DNA of 64,000 nt from Anolis carolinensis (Eukaryota): NCBI RefSeq assembly GCF_035594765.1, contig NC_085842.1, forward strand, positions 295,105,749-295,169,748, given 5' to 3'. The notes under the pieces are model-generated. The model made no database searches, was not told the DNA's origin, and was given only the letters and a program-made list of their open reading frames with translations. Shown here piece by piece: positions 25,191-38,524 of the stretch. How positions within the stretch are numbered: the stretch's first letter is position 1; the number at the start of each line of letters is the position of its first letter. Made by a program: the position numbers and the translations under genes.

Positions 25191-27074
25191 ACAAGGCAGG
25201 GATTTACCATTGTGCTTAGGTGTATTTAAGCACAGGACCCTGTTTGCTTATGTGGTGCAGTTCTAAATTTGAAGGTGTTCTTTTTCGGAACAATTTCAGA
25301 CATAATGATAGAGTTTATAGTCTATGGGAGTGTGCCACATAGGCTATGGGTAGTGTTATCCTCCTGGGCCTACCTCCTTCAGGGCCCACATAAGGAGCCT
25401 CATAACTTAACTAGCACAGAACCTCATTTCTCCTAAATCCAGCACTGGAATCAAGGGAGCAAAATTATGATACTGATTGTATTAGTTCGTATAAGAAGTA
25501 CTTCGACATCAACACAACCTGTTGAACAAAATGGCAAGATTCAACATTGATGCCTTGAAGGAAATGTGAGGATGACAAAGTGTTTAGAAACCCTCTTCTC
25601 TAAATTCAGCCTAAGGTGTCCTGTAGAGTGTTGACTGTTTCCCTAAGAGATAGACCCAAAGAGAATTTTGCAGATATTTCCTCCCCTGTCCCAGATTGCT
25701 TCATATGTTCTGTCTGAGCTTGCCACACATACCATGAACCACTTGTTAATGTGGAGTTCCTGCTGGCACTAGTATGTTTTTTTTTCCTGGTTGGCCATTC
25801 ATTTATTTTCATACATACTTTTTGCTAAAAGGCTACAGAGCAGCCCAAGTATCACACCTTTTTAAATTGTGCTTTTCACAGAGATTGGATAAAAAAAATA
25901 GATCTTCTGATCCCTGCAGGATGACATTTACCAAGGCCCATTAGTAGAGGTCCAAAGCAGGTCCCATGACGCAGTCCTCTGTGACATTTTGCTTGTAAAG
26001 GTATAACTGTGTTCGCTGGTTACAGAAAGAAGCTTTGTAGGAAGAGAAGTACAGCAACACCTTAAGATGACTCATTTTGCTTTTGGCAAATATCAGACTA
26101 CCCTTTCACGCTTTCTCTTTCTCTTGGGTGTTTGTGTTCTGCTGTGGCCTCCCTAAATCACCAGGTGTGTTATAGCACCATGCGGTCAGTAGACATTTTA
26201 TCTGGTGATAATTGGCAGGGTAACGGCATAAAACATCTGGAAGGTAACAGTTTGAAAATGGCTATTCTACAGACATATTGTTACCCTTGTATGTCCTCCA
26301 CCTTAATGTTTTTGACTGTTTACAGAATAGCTTCCAGGGTTTTCTTTTTTTAATTCCCTAAGCATTCAGGCAATAGATAAAACAGCAAGTAGAAGTGGAG
26401 TGAGGAGCCCAGAAAGTATCTTTGTGTCCTTCAAATGGAGCTGCTCGACTGAGCTCAGACAGACATTTTTTATCTCACAGCAGGTGGCAGTAAACCATTT
26501 GGTTGTATCTGAAATGCCCAGCATGCTTAGTTTGTAAAGGAAACTGCTGGATCCAGCAGTGATAAAATGAGAAGCTTTTTGGACTGTAATGAGATGGCTT
26601 GTGACAGAAGGATTTCTTGAGGTGTGACAAATGGTGTAGCAGTGATGTAGCAACAGGCATGTTAGAGTCCCCCATTAAAACACAGACATATAAGCAAATA
26701 AATGTGCAGAAAGAAGTATTTAATAAGCTATGATTGTTCTATGCAAATTTGATTCATATGGCATTATAATGAATAACTGTAGCCAGGTCAATATTTTTAA
26801 ACGAGGGACATTATGTTGTCTTTTGATTCCAGAGGAATTGTCATATTTGTTTGTTATAAAAGAGAAATAATTTGGCCAGAATTGCCAGCTCTTTGTGAAC
26901 TGCCTTAAATTTAAGATATTTGCTATGCTTCCCTCAGTCTCCTGACAGAGAGACACATATCAAAGTAAGCGGTGCTGAGGGGAATGTTTGATTTTTATTT
27001 CTGAAGTGGCTTTAAAACTTGGGCATCAACCTCTGTCAGGTCTTAGCTGAGTACAAAGGAAGTCTGTCATTCTG

Positions 27075-27640
27075 GCTTCCTTGAGAAGGGAGTTCCAGAG
27101 TAGAGGAGCAACCACCAAGAAGGCCTGTTCTCTCATTCCCAGCAACCAAGCTTGAGATGAAGGTGGGACCAAGAGAAGGGCCTCTCCTGAAGATCTCAGG
27201 GCTCGGGCAGGTTCATATAACCTTGACCTGAACTGTCTAGGGCTTTAAAGGTCATAACCAGCACTTTGAATTATGCCCAGAAACAGACTGGCAGCCAGGG
27301 GAGCTGCTGTAACAGGGGGGTTGTCTGCTCCCTACAACCAGCCCCAGTTAGCAACCTGGCTGCAGCTCTTTGGACCAAGCACTCTTCAAAGGCAGCCCCA
27401 CGTAGAGTGTGTTACAATAATCCAGACGTGATGTAACTAAGGTACATATCATTGTGGCCAGATCTGACTTCTCAAGGAATGGGTGCAGTTGGCACACAAA
27501 TTTTAATTGTGCAAAGGCGCTCATGGCCAGTGCAGATACCTGGGCCTCTACGTTCAATGCTGAGTCCAGGAGGACCCCCAAACTGCAGACCTGTGTCTTC
27601 AGGGGGAGTGTAACTCCATCCAGCACCAGCTTAAACTCTT
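27075..27640 (-). mobile_element. L2 LINE ORF2 C-terminal fragment
   Basis: ORF 'LDGVTLPLKTQVCSLGVLLDS...LVTSRLDYCNTLYVGLP'. Confidence 0.92.
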
Positions 27641-30271
27641 TTCCCTGATCTTCTGTCTGACATTTGTCTTGTCTGGAATAGCAACTCAGTGTCCTTTGAT
27701 AGATAGTGCCAAGGGATATTACTCTGGGGATGCCATTTTGCGGCATAAATTTTCATGAACTGGAGTATAGTTTGTCAGATGCAGATTATCCCCAACCAAA
27801 TACATGGCACAGAGTTCTTCTTTTGTGAATTTTGTGGGAGTCTTAAACAAAGAAAACCATTAAACATCTGGCAACCTGTATGTGTGAGAGAGAAATTGTT
27901 CAATGAAACTTCCTTTTAGTAGCACTATTAATGTAGCATAGCTGTGCCAAATGTTGAAATGATTCATTCACTAGAGCAAGGGTCTTAAAAATGTCAAATC
28001 TAAGGTACATAGAAAAGTCTGGAAGGATAAAGCAAGGGAGATCTGCTGGCAGCAGACAAGAATCATTGTAAAGGCACGGTTTTGTCAAGGAGAGAGTTCG
28101 GAGTATGTGATATAAAAGAGAACATACAGCTGGTTGGATAAAGAGGAAAGCATGGCATGGCAAATGGCATATATTTTGGGAACGATATCAAAGAGAAAGC
28201 AAAAGAGCCTTTTGGAAGCAAAGCAAATGAAAATAAGAGGAGATGAGGGAATCGATTTTATAGGTAGTACGATAAGAGGAATAATTGCTTGTGGTGTGGA
28301 TATTCATTACACCATTGTCAAACAAGATTTGCAGTTGTGTAGTGAAGCAGGAACACAGTGGAGTGAGCTTGTGCTATGCTTTGCACAGCAGGCATACCAA
28401 AGGTATCTGCCAGAGCAGAAATTGGCAGGGTTTCAATCTTTCATAAAAAGACAGCTCTGGTCTGGCATAGGTTGACTTTCATGGTAGGCTAGGTCCATGG
28501 CTAACCCAGTGACAACTCACAGCTTTGCAGGCAATCAGAGATGGAGCCCAACTCCTATAGATTCCTATGAGTTGGTCATCTCTCCACCCCAAAGTGCACC
28601 ATAGGTATAAGTCTAAGATTGTAAGCCTTTCGACTGACAGTATCAGTGCCCACTTACACAGTCCCAAACATCAGTATCCTTGTGCTGTGTTTTTCCCTGC
28701 TCAAGCATGTTTCAAAGAGTAGGTGTGTTCTTTTTGCAATTGAATGGGTGGGGAGAGACCTTAGTGGCTGGGAAACAGCATAGGGCATCCAGGCAGACTC
28801 AGATTGCAGCAGGGTAAAAAAGAACAGCTGTCTCACTTGCACATCTTCTATGTACACATAGATCTGGGAAGGAAAACAGGTCCTGTTTCTTCTTTGCTGC
28901 AGGTATGCACCTAAATGTTGTACAAGTGTCCCGTGCCCTCCCTTGGTCACTAAATAGCCACTGGGGCACAATTCACACAGAAGTCTGCCTTCTGCATGGA
29001 AACAACACATCTGCACAGACTGAACATTACACTAAATGCAGGATCTCAGCCATAGCCTGTAATTTCTTGGACAAGGAAGAAAAGATGGAATAGAAACATC
29101 ATAAAATAATGTATTGATAAGCAATTAGCAGTCATATTTCAACACTCCGGAATGTAATGTTATCCACGTTGAAACCCCAAATACGCTTACTGTTACTTCA
29201 AAGTGAATCCCTTTGAACTGAAGAAGGATTACTTCTGTATATAAACATGTAGGTTTGCAATCTTATTTAGATATGTCACTTTGCCACTTCTTTCCTTTGG
29301 GCTTGTTTTTTTTCCCTGCTTGAGTTGCTCAAGCTTTTCTTTATATGAATACTCATGGGAGGAAATTAAGTTTAATCTACTTTGCCTGAGTGCTTGCTAA
29401 TACGTTCCAGATAGCATCTATCACTGTAATGGTATAAATGCTCAATGTTTTAATTATGAATCAAATCATCATAAAAAACAATGTCAGTTTATGTATCCAT
29501 GTAATGAATGTGCAACAGATCTTAGAGAATACACAGGTGGTATAGAGATAACACCACAAAATATGTGCACCTTTACATAGGTTTTTACTGTTGCTTCATA
29601 CAGAATAGCCTAAAGCAGTCTTCTCCAGCTGGGTCCCAATCAAATCTTCTAGGTTAGACATCATATTAACCCCCAAAGCATGAAACTAATGGGAGTTGTA
29701 GTCCCATATATACAGTGTGTGTGTGTGTGTGTGTGTGTATTTGAGTTGCCTGTTGACCTATAAATACCATGGGGTTTTCTCTGGCATAGACACAAGTAGA
29801 AATGTATGTTTTAGTACCCATTCTCATCATAAGACTGGCGGGAGTGGCATAAAGGAATGGTGTGATAAGACCATAAATATTTCACAAGCTAATATTGGGA
29901 TCCCAGAAGGCTTGCAAGATTTGTCCTCCCCTGGGAGTCTTGCAATGGCTGAAGCACAGCCATCAGCATGCTCTTCACCCCCATCAGGCAAGTCAGCACC
30001 TCAGCAGGCGCAGTTGTCGGCCAGCTCGCTTGCCACAAAGATGCCCCCTTGACTAAGTACATTGGGGTCACATTGCATATTTCCATATTATATCTATGCA
30101 GATAAAAATGTCTTCTGGGGGTCAGAACACTGAGCTAAAGGGGATTTTATAACAAATGCATTTTAATGAAAATGTAACTTGCTCACTGTAGCAAAATTTG
30201 TAATAAGTAAAGGAGTAAATAAAATTGAACCTCTTTCCGTAAATACCCTATTAGAAATCTTCCAGAAAGAT

Positions 30272-30588
30272 AAAAGGTAAAAATTTCCCCTTGACATTAA
30301 GTCTAGTTGTGTCCGACTCTGGGGGTTGGTGCTCATCTCCATTTCTAAGCCAAAGAGCTGGCATTGTCCATAGACACCTCCAAGGTCATGTGGCTGGCAT
30401 GACTGCATGGAGCGCCGTTACCTTCCCACCGGAGCGGTACCTATTGATCTACTCCCATTTGCATGTTTTCAAACTGCTAGGTTGGCAGAAGCTGGAGCTA
30501 ACAGTGGGAGTTCACCATGCTACCTGGATTCAAACCAATGACATTTCGGTCAGCAAGTTCAGCCGCTCAGCGGTTTAACCCACTGCGC
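30272..30588 (-). mobile_element. Sauria SINE
   Basis: Full body with AGGTAA tail remnant at left and tRNA-like head at right. Confidence 0.95.
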
Positions 30589-31110
30589 AAATATGAACAT
30601 CAAAAATTGATAACATTGTATTGGTACAAATGATTAACACTTGCAAATATTTAATTGAAATAAAAGTTAAGTATTGCACATAAACACAGTATGAAAAGAT
30701 ATTAAGATAACAGCAATCATGTACAAAACAAAGTATGGATGATTCAGTTTTAACAAAATGAATGCATAATTCTGAAGGAGGATTCCTTAAAGTGATTGCA
30801 CACCAGGTATATTGTGTTCATGCTTTGGTAATCACCAAGAATTGAAAATTCCACATATAACTGTCATGATCTGTTATGCTATTGTTTTGGAGAAATATAT
30901 TTACTTAGCTAACCTTTTTGCAATCTATTATTGTTCTGTTTTTTGGGGGGGAAATCGGGTTTGGTTAATTTTTGGAGAGGAAGCTACATCTAGACTCCAG
31001 CCAGTTCTTAATTTCTGTGGTTTGAACTCTGAGCTTATCCAAAGAGTAATGAGGGAAACAAACTGATAAACTCAAAGATCACAAGTATGAAATTTGAGTT
31101 AAAAGCACAA

Positions 31111-31153
31111 TGTTTCACATTTTTATAATTCTTTCTCTTTTTTATAGGTAAGT
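31111..31153 (+). other. Recursive splice site (ratchet point) TAG|GTAAGT, junction 31147/31148
   Basis: Branch-like TTCAC (A at 31117), ~40-nt AG-free zone, tract TTCTTTCTCTTTTTTA, then TAG abutting a consensus GTAAGT. Confidence 0.75.
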
Positions 31154-31269
31154 ACTTCATTCTTTATTCTTCTTCTTTAAGCTGACAGAAAATACATGAC
31201 TTGCCTGAATTGTATTTCTAACAAAGTATATAAAAGCAACCAAATGAGTGAAATATGTTGTCTACTCAG
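31148..31269 (+). other. Putative 122-nt RS-exon (poison exon)
   Basis: Ends at strong donor CAG|GTAAGG (31270-31275). Length is not a multiple of 3; inclusion after a phase-2 exon gives an immediate TAA. Confidence 0.65.
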
Positions 31270-31927
31270 GTAAGGATTTCAAAACATTATCACAATGTCC
31301 TTGTTTATTTATGAAAGTTGGTATCAGAAAGTTTGTTTGTCAGAGTTTGTTGTGCGGAAATAGAAAATATAGTTGATTTTCATGATACATTAACTTCTGC
31401 CTCTTGACTGCCCACAAGAAAAAGAGGTGCTCTTGACTCTGCTCTGAAAGGACCAATTGGCTATTAATCATGGAAGCACACTTTCCTTCTTTGTCAAAAC
31501 AGAAGGAGGAAAGGAAATGGTTTGGAAACAAAATGTTATTGCATAGTAAGGAAACTCTGTGGCCCAAAGGTTCCAGAAACATCCCACAGTGTATTTTTAG
31601 TCTAAGATGTGTTCAACAATGACTTTAAAATTTTCTATTCTTCAGGGTCATCTTCCACATCTTTTGTGGAGAAGACCCCCAAACGCTTGTGTGTTTTGGA
31701 AAATTCTGAGGAGCATTTCTTTCAATTAATATTATTATAGGATACTATATTAACTTGTTGGATCAGATTTTTTCCTTATAGGAACTAAATTTGAATATCC
31801 AATGTATAGTTGCACCTTGCATAGGAAGATGGGTGTTGGCAAGCAGGCAGGCATCAGGGATGAGGAAAAATGCTTGGGGAAGATTACCTGTTTTAAAATT
31901 ATTGGTTTTCTATACCATATATATACT

Positions 31928-32249
31928 GATGGTGCAGCAGGTTAAACCGCTGAGCTTCTGAACTTGCTGATGGAAAGGTTGGCAGTTCGAATCCGGGGGG
32001 TGGGGTGAGCTCCCGCTGTTAGCCCCAGCTTTTGCCAACCTAACAGTTTGAAAACATGCAAATGTGAGTAGATCAATAGGTACCATTCCGGCAGGAAGGT
32101 AATGGTGCTCCATGCAGTCATACCGGCCACACAACCTTGGAGGCATCTATGGACAATGCCGGCTCTTTGGCTTAGAAATGGAGATAAGCACCAACCCTTA
32201 GAGTCAGACACAATTAGTCTTAATGTCAGGGGAAAACCTTTACCTTTAC
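31928..32249 (+). mobile_element. Sauria SINE
   Basis: tRNA-like head with GTTCGAATCC; (ACCTTT)n tail. Confidence 0.95.
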
Positions 32250-33104
32250 TATACCATGTACATTGTTTTGAGGGAGAGGGGGTATTTGCTGCTTTGCCTC
32301 AGACAGCAAAATGTCTTGTATTTGCTCTGCTTTCAGGGAAACTTGTCTGCCATTACTGAGCTTCTTAGTGGAGCACATCTGATAAACATTTGAAGAAAAA
32401 TAGGGTTCCTTAAATAGGTTTCAAAAATAGTGATGACTTTACAACATAATTTCGTCTGCTTGAGCTTCCATAATGGTCATTCACAAAGGTGGACTGAACA
32501 AAATCTCTCCCCCCGCCCCTATTTTACTATCCTTTTTCTTAACTGTTGAAGGTAGGGAGTATAACAAGAATATTTAGAGGAATAGAGTTCAGGGTTTTTA
32601 AAGGTGACAGCAGTCAGTGAGGGTGGCCACATTTTTCTTGACACCAACATGGGACAACCCTTTCCATTGCCTGACCAGTTGAAGACATGCTAGACAAGCC
32701 TATATAAAGTCCGCCTCAGATCTTATGAGAGACAGATCTAATATAGACCTCTATGAGAGGTGCACATTACATTAGCCTGCCATGTGTATTCCCTCCCTAT
32801 CCAATAGAGTTGGGAGCAGAAAGAGCAGATGTTGACTGGGGTTGGCAGAGTGAAAACTGAATATGGTTTCTGTACTTTTAATTATTATGTAGAAACAGGA
32901 ATTTCAGCAAGTGTTGGTTTAATCTGTTTATGGGACAACCAATGCTCACTTATATTCCATGTTCCACACAACTATTCAAGATAAAGAAGCCTTCTCCAGA
33001 TTTCACTCTGGCAGCCTTAGCTGCTGGTCACATTTGCATGATAGATAGAGTCCTATCTGAGATCATTTTGCTGCATACTAAGAGCTTCAGGATCAGTGTA
33101 TTAT

Positions 33105-33585
33105 GAGCCCAGCTTACCTGTCCGAACGTATCTTCCCTTATGAACCACCTCGAAAATTAAAATCATCTGGGGAGGCCCTGCTCTCGGTCCCACCTGTTTC
33201 GCAAGCACGGCTGGCGGGGCCGAGAGACAGGGCCTTCTCGGTGGTGGCCCCTTGGCTGTGGAACTCCCTAGCGATATAAGATTGGCCCCCTCTGTCCAAG
33301 CCTTCAGGAAGAAAGTGAAGTCCTGGCTCTGGGACTTTGGTTTAGAGTGTAGTGCAATAATTCATGTATATTTGTGCGACAATCATGGAACGGCTTAGAC
33401 TCTCGGATGGCGTGATTTTAATTGACTGTTAGGTTTTAATGTTATTTTTTAACTTTAATTTTGTAAAAATGTTAATATGCTGGTTATGTGTTTTATATGT
33501 ACTGGACAAGTGCCTGTGTAAGCCACCTTGAGTCCCCCTTGGGGTTGAGAAAGACAGGCTACAAATGTGGTAAATAAATAAAGAA
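33105..33585 (+). mobile_element. L2 LINE 3' end
   Basis: 'gagacagggccttctcggtggtggccccttggctgtggaactccct' motif plus 3' stem-loop and TAAA tail. Confidence 0.88.
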
Positions 33586-34825
33586 TAAAATACACCTGGT
33601 ATCTACTTTTGAGAGGAGCAGATGTTGCTACACTTATAACATACGAACCCTGGAACAATTGGTCTAAGATGAGGAGCTATCTGTTGTGAGTGTGCGGGGC
33701 GCCTGTGCTTTCTTCTCCCAGCTCTTGTGTTGACTGAGAAAATAACTCATGAGGCACAATTTAGGCTGCTGTACCCTGCCAGCCAGGGAGGAGAAAGAAA
33801 GATTGTGCTACACAAACCACAATCTTTGAAGACCTTATTTACCAAATTACTTTTAGTATCAAATGCTCTAGGGTTGGTATGTCAAGAAGTATGGGACTTG
33901 AAGCATGCTGTACAACATTGATATGGAACTGCATTTCAAGCCCCCAAATATGGAAATGGGAGACAATGGGACACCTAGAAACCTTAGTGACAGCTGACTG
34001 GTGACTACTAGTTTTATTTCTCCAGATTCCCATCTCTGCAACTAATAGCTCTTAAGCAATTGTCCAGTTGTGTTCTTTTGGAATGTTGTATTGCCATATT
34101 CCATTCCCATGGCAGCTATGTATATATGTGCATATCTGTAAAGCCAGTTAGTTTTATTGTTCCCAGGGTCTCCTACCTTGCCTGTATTATATTACTTTTC
34201 AGATTTTACTGCTGATAGATACCTATTCCTGTATGCTACTGCCAGGAACTGAGAATGTAGTTCCATTCCTTTTCCATTTTTTAAAAAAACCTAAGGTGCT
34301 CTTTCTTTATAAGAAATTTTTGGATATTGTTAATCATCTCACACTGATGCCTTCCCAATAAATAAAAATATTTAATATTCTAATGAGGCCATAACTGTAA
34401 AAATTGGTCCTTACTGATATTAAAGTTATTGATAAGGTATTTATGCACTGTATACAGAAATATTGTTTTTGTGTCCTTTAATATAGATGTTGCATATACA
34501 TGCTCTCCATTACTGTCGAGATGTACCCCTAAAACTGAATGAGTCGTGGAATTGGATTAAAAAATAATGGCCAACTTCTGATAGCTAAACATCATGAACA
34601 GAAAATGTTAGAAATGATGAAAGTCATTTTCTGAAAACTTTTCCACCACCAAATTGAATTTGGCATTGGGTTAGATGTATATGTTGCTTGCTGGATTATT
34701 TGCAAATGAATACATAATTTGTCCTAATGGAAGCTACGATCATTAGATACATATCCCAACTGAAATAATGTTTTGAGCAGAAATGGTATGATAACCATTT
34801 CCTGTGCATTTCCCATTACTTTTTG

Positions 34826-35129
34826 CACTATGTAACATGGTTTTTGTTCCTGGATTATAAATGTCATTTCCTAAATGGTTCTTTCATTCAAAAATGGAAA
34901 AAGTTTATTAAACTGCCAAGACTTTATTTTTGTGGGACTTCCTGCAATGCATTTTGCTATAGCTTTTCAATGAATATCTCATAGAATCTCTACCAATTTT
35001 GTGACAGCCACAAAAATGAAGTTTCTGGAGTATAACAATTATTTTCGAAGTAAGTGCTGCACAATTAAACAGGAAATAACACATTCAAATCCTGAACAGA
35101 TTTTTTTTTTCAAATTTTGTTACATAATG
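34826..35129. mobile_element. Non-autonomous DNA transposon, Chapaev3-like termini
   Basis: CACTATGTAAC...GTTACATAATG inverted ends. Confidence 0.6.
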
Positions 35130-36699
35130 TTATGGTTGTAAAGAGAAGAGCATGCACATGCAAATGTTTTTCTAATTCCCTAGTAGTTTTCCTCAGTACC
35201 TGGTAATCAGAACTATATTGATTGAAAATGCGATTACTAAAGACTTACCTTCCAGCATTGATTTCTCCAAACCATTTTAAAGCTAACCATGTGCTAGTGG
35301 TAAAAGGCTTGAAAAAAGTTTCTGTTCTGCACTCTAGTTCCTACATTGAGTGTAGATTCTGGGAGATACAATCTTTATAAAGGAATGTCTCCAAGCTTTC
35401 AATAATAGCTGTATCGCTGAGCTTAAATGTCCTGATCCTTTCCCTAAGAAAGTATGTTCTTCATTATTTTTTCTAGCTCCAAACCTTTTCAAACTCTTGA
35501 ATATGCTCCACAGTATGAGACCACCAGAACTGGAAAATATATTTAAGGTGTGATTTCATTTGAAAATTTACATGAAGACTTTTTTGGTTCATGCCAATTA
35601 ATTTTGTTAGCTCTTCCTGGCTCTGGTTCCAGTCATTCCTAATAGTGAATATCAAGCTGACTTGATTTTCTCAGTCCATCTAAAGTTTCTTCTTCTGAGT
35701 ATTCAGGAGCCAATCTAACCTTTATGTTAATTACATTTAACAGACTTTATATAAATGGACTTTGCTGTGTGTGTATGCACATATTGGTGTCTGTCACTGT
35801 GTGTAGTTCACAGAGGAAGGCTCTCTTGTTTCTTGGCTTATTATGAGCCTTGATTGGCAAGTGTTATGTGACTAAGAACAGAGTACCTGCTGAGAGAAAT
35901 GTTAAGAAGCTGCTGATCAAAACAGAGACGCTGGGCTCGTGATGAGAAGTGCATGGAAATTCCTGAAAGAGGTCAAAGGAATGGGTGGCCAATGACTGTG
36001 AGCTCAAAACTAGAAGCGACTGCCAAAGCCTGAGGCTGGAAATGAATACCTGGTGGAAATGCCACTGCATTGCTTAGTTCTGCCACCCACAATCTTGACT
36101 ACTCTCTACCCCATTTTCCTGCCTCCAAATAGCAGAGTCGGGGTATGGTGTTGCCATCAGGACTGTAGCCAACCAGCGTCACTAAAAAAATGTATGGTTG
36201 ATATATGTAAAAAAAACCTAGGAGACAAATCCCAAATAGAGTGGAGAGTGTCTGAACATCAAAGAATGTAGTGAAAGAGATGAGGCAGTGCAGTGAGATG
36301 GCTGACTAGAGTGCTGATCAAGATGAAATATCTTTGAACTTTTTATTGTGTTCCAACTTGGATCAATTTATATAGAATATCTTTTGTGGTTAGGATCTAA
36401 TCAGTCTGGAACTGCTCCTTGCCTATGGAGGAATGGGAAGTCTGTCTTATTGGCCCATTTCAGAGTCTAGTTCAACCTGAGGCCCTCCAGGTATTTTGGA
36501 CTTCATCTCCCAGAATTCCTGACTATTGGACAAGCTGGCCAGAATTTCTGAGATTATGAGATTATTCTCATATTTTTATAAAACTATATAGATTTCTTAG
36601 CAAAATAGTGTTAAAAGTGGAAGCACTGAAAGAGCAGGTAGGTTCTTCTGTTGTTTTAGACTGGTCCTACTGGTGGGTGAGCAGTGCTTCTGCACTTGT

Positions 36700-37430
36700 A
36701 GGAAAATAGTATAAGGAATGTAAGAAAAGCTCTGCTGGTCCAGCTAAAAAGCTATCCAACTCAGCATTCAATTTGCATAGTATCCACCCAGTTGCCAATA
36801 GCAAGTCCACCAGCGGAACATGAATGAAAAATAGAATGATGTTGCTCATATGTTCTTCAAAAACCAACATTTAGAGACACTCTCCTGTGACATTAATAGA
36901 AATAGCCTTCATTATTAGGAGCCCTTGGCAGCTTTAACCCCTGTGGGTGGGTCTAATACTGTAAAAGTGTTTAGTTAGTTGAACACATGTATATATTTCA
37001 GTGGCAAATTCAGAGGTTTTACCAACCCTGGTGTGAAAATGTACTTCCTTTTATCTATCCTAAATTCCCTTCAATTCTGCTACAATGGATGACCTGGGTT
37101 CTTGTGTTATAAAAGAAAGAAAGACTTTTCCTATCCAGTTTCCCCATGACATGCATAACTTTATATATCACTAGCATATCTTCTCTTTAATTCATCTTGT
37201 TATAAGCTTAACAGTGTTAAACATTATAATCCTCAGAGGAAGGCTGCTCTGGTCTTTTTGATCATTTCAGTTACTCAGTCTGTACTTTTTCTGTCATTGC
37301 AGTGTCCTTATTCAAAGTGAAGGGGCAAGAACTTACTCACTATTCATAATGTGTCCATACTATAGATTCATGTGAGAGGAGGATAGCAAGAGTTTCCTTT
37401 TCAGTTCCTTTTCTAATTAATGCCCCCAAA
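36700..37430 (-). mobile_element. Old CR1 LINE 3' portion
   Basis: Degenerate reverse-complement CR1 ORF2 C-terminus and 3' UTR. Confidence 0.6.
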
Positions 37431-37618
37431 TCGTGCTCAACCTGGGAGAAATGGAGCAGATGATGCAGTAGGGGAAATGCAGGACAGAATAAGTAAAGAT
37501 GAATACCTAACAAGTCTAGATGAACTCAGCTCTCCATGATCAGACAAACTAAATCCAACAGCATTGAAAGAATTGGCAGACATATTCACAGAGCCACTGG
37601 CAGTAATCTTTGGGAATT

Positions 37619-38504
37619 TGTTAGGTCCCAGCCAGCTAGGGCACCAAGGCCTGCAGCATTTCGGGACCTGAACTTTGACATAGATAATGATGAGGAATTC
37701 ACTGACATTGCACCCTCCACAGAGGGGCCTTTACAGCTGCAGGTGCCTGAAAATGTTGACGCTGGAGATTTGTTAATAGGAGAGGATTCTTCTAGTTCTC
37801 CCTCACAGACAGAGCCAGATGTGGAAGAAATGCCAGGGAACGGGGTGTTTAATCGTAGAGATTTTGTGACTAGACAAAGAAGTGCAAAACAGGAAATTTG
37901 CCGCAGCCAGAGACTGGCAAACAGATGGGAAAATGGATAGCGTTCCCTTGAGAAAGTTTTGGGAGTTTGTACTCCCCAAATTCTGAACAGAACAGAATCT
38001 GTTAAAAGTGTGTTGTTCGGTAGATTCCTTTGCGGTGTCAACAATGCTTTCTGGAGAAAGGTTTCTCCATTCCTAGTTCCTGTTTCAAGCCAAGTTTCCA
38101 GTTTCCAGTCGGGCTGTGACAGGCCGCGACTCTCAAGTAGACCTTGACTTTACTTCGGATGTTATTCTTTGTTCCTGATTCAAGTTTGCCTCAGCTTTAA
38201 CAACTTGTTTACCTTGATTGCTATGAAGCATTTCCAGTGGATAGAACTCTGTTTACTGCCAGTCTTGTTTCCCTTCATGGACTTGATTTCTTGGCAGAGC
38301 TAACGAGTTCTCATTTTGGATTATAATATCGGGGCTTTTCCTTCACACAATTGAAACCGTCATTGACTTTCTGAAAAGAACTATTCCTTACTCAGACTCT
38401 ATACCTAATTTCTTTTGGACTTATAATTGTTTTAATAAAGATATAGTGTGTTATATTGGCTTTTGTCTGGTTTTCGAGTGCTCACACTGCCTTGGGGTGC
38501 AACA
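37619..38504 (+). mobile_element. Solo LTR, 886 bp (Gypsy- or BEL-like)
   Basis: TGTT...AACA termini; 5-bp TSD GAATT at 37614-37618 and 38505-38509; AATAAA at 38434-38439. Confidence 0.9.
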
Positions 38505-38524
38505 GAATTCCTGAAAAGAGAAGT

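Noticed and set aside
29717-30052. 111-aa ORF
   Set aside because: Starts in a (TG)n repeat; no real ATG context, splice sites or recognisable domain.
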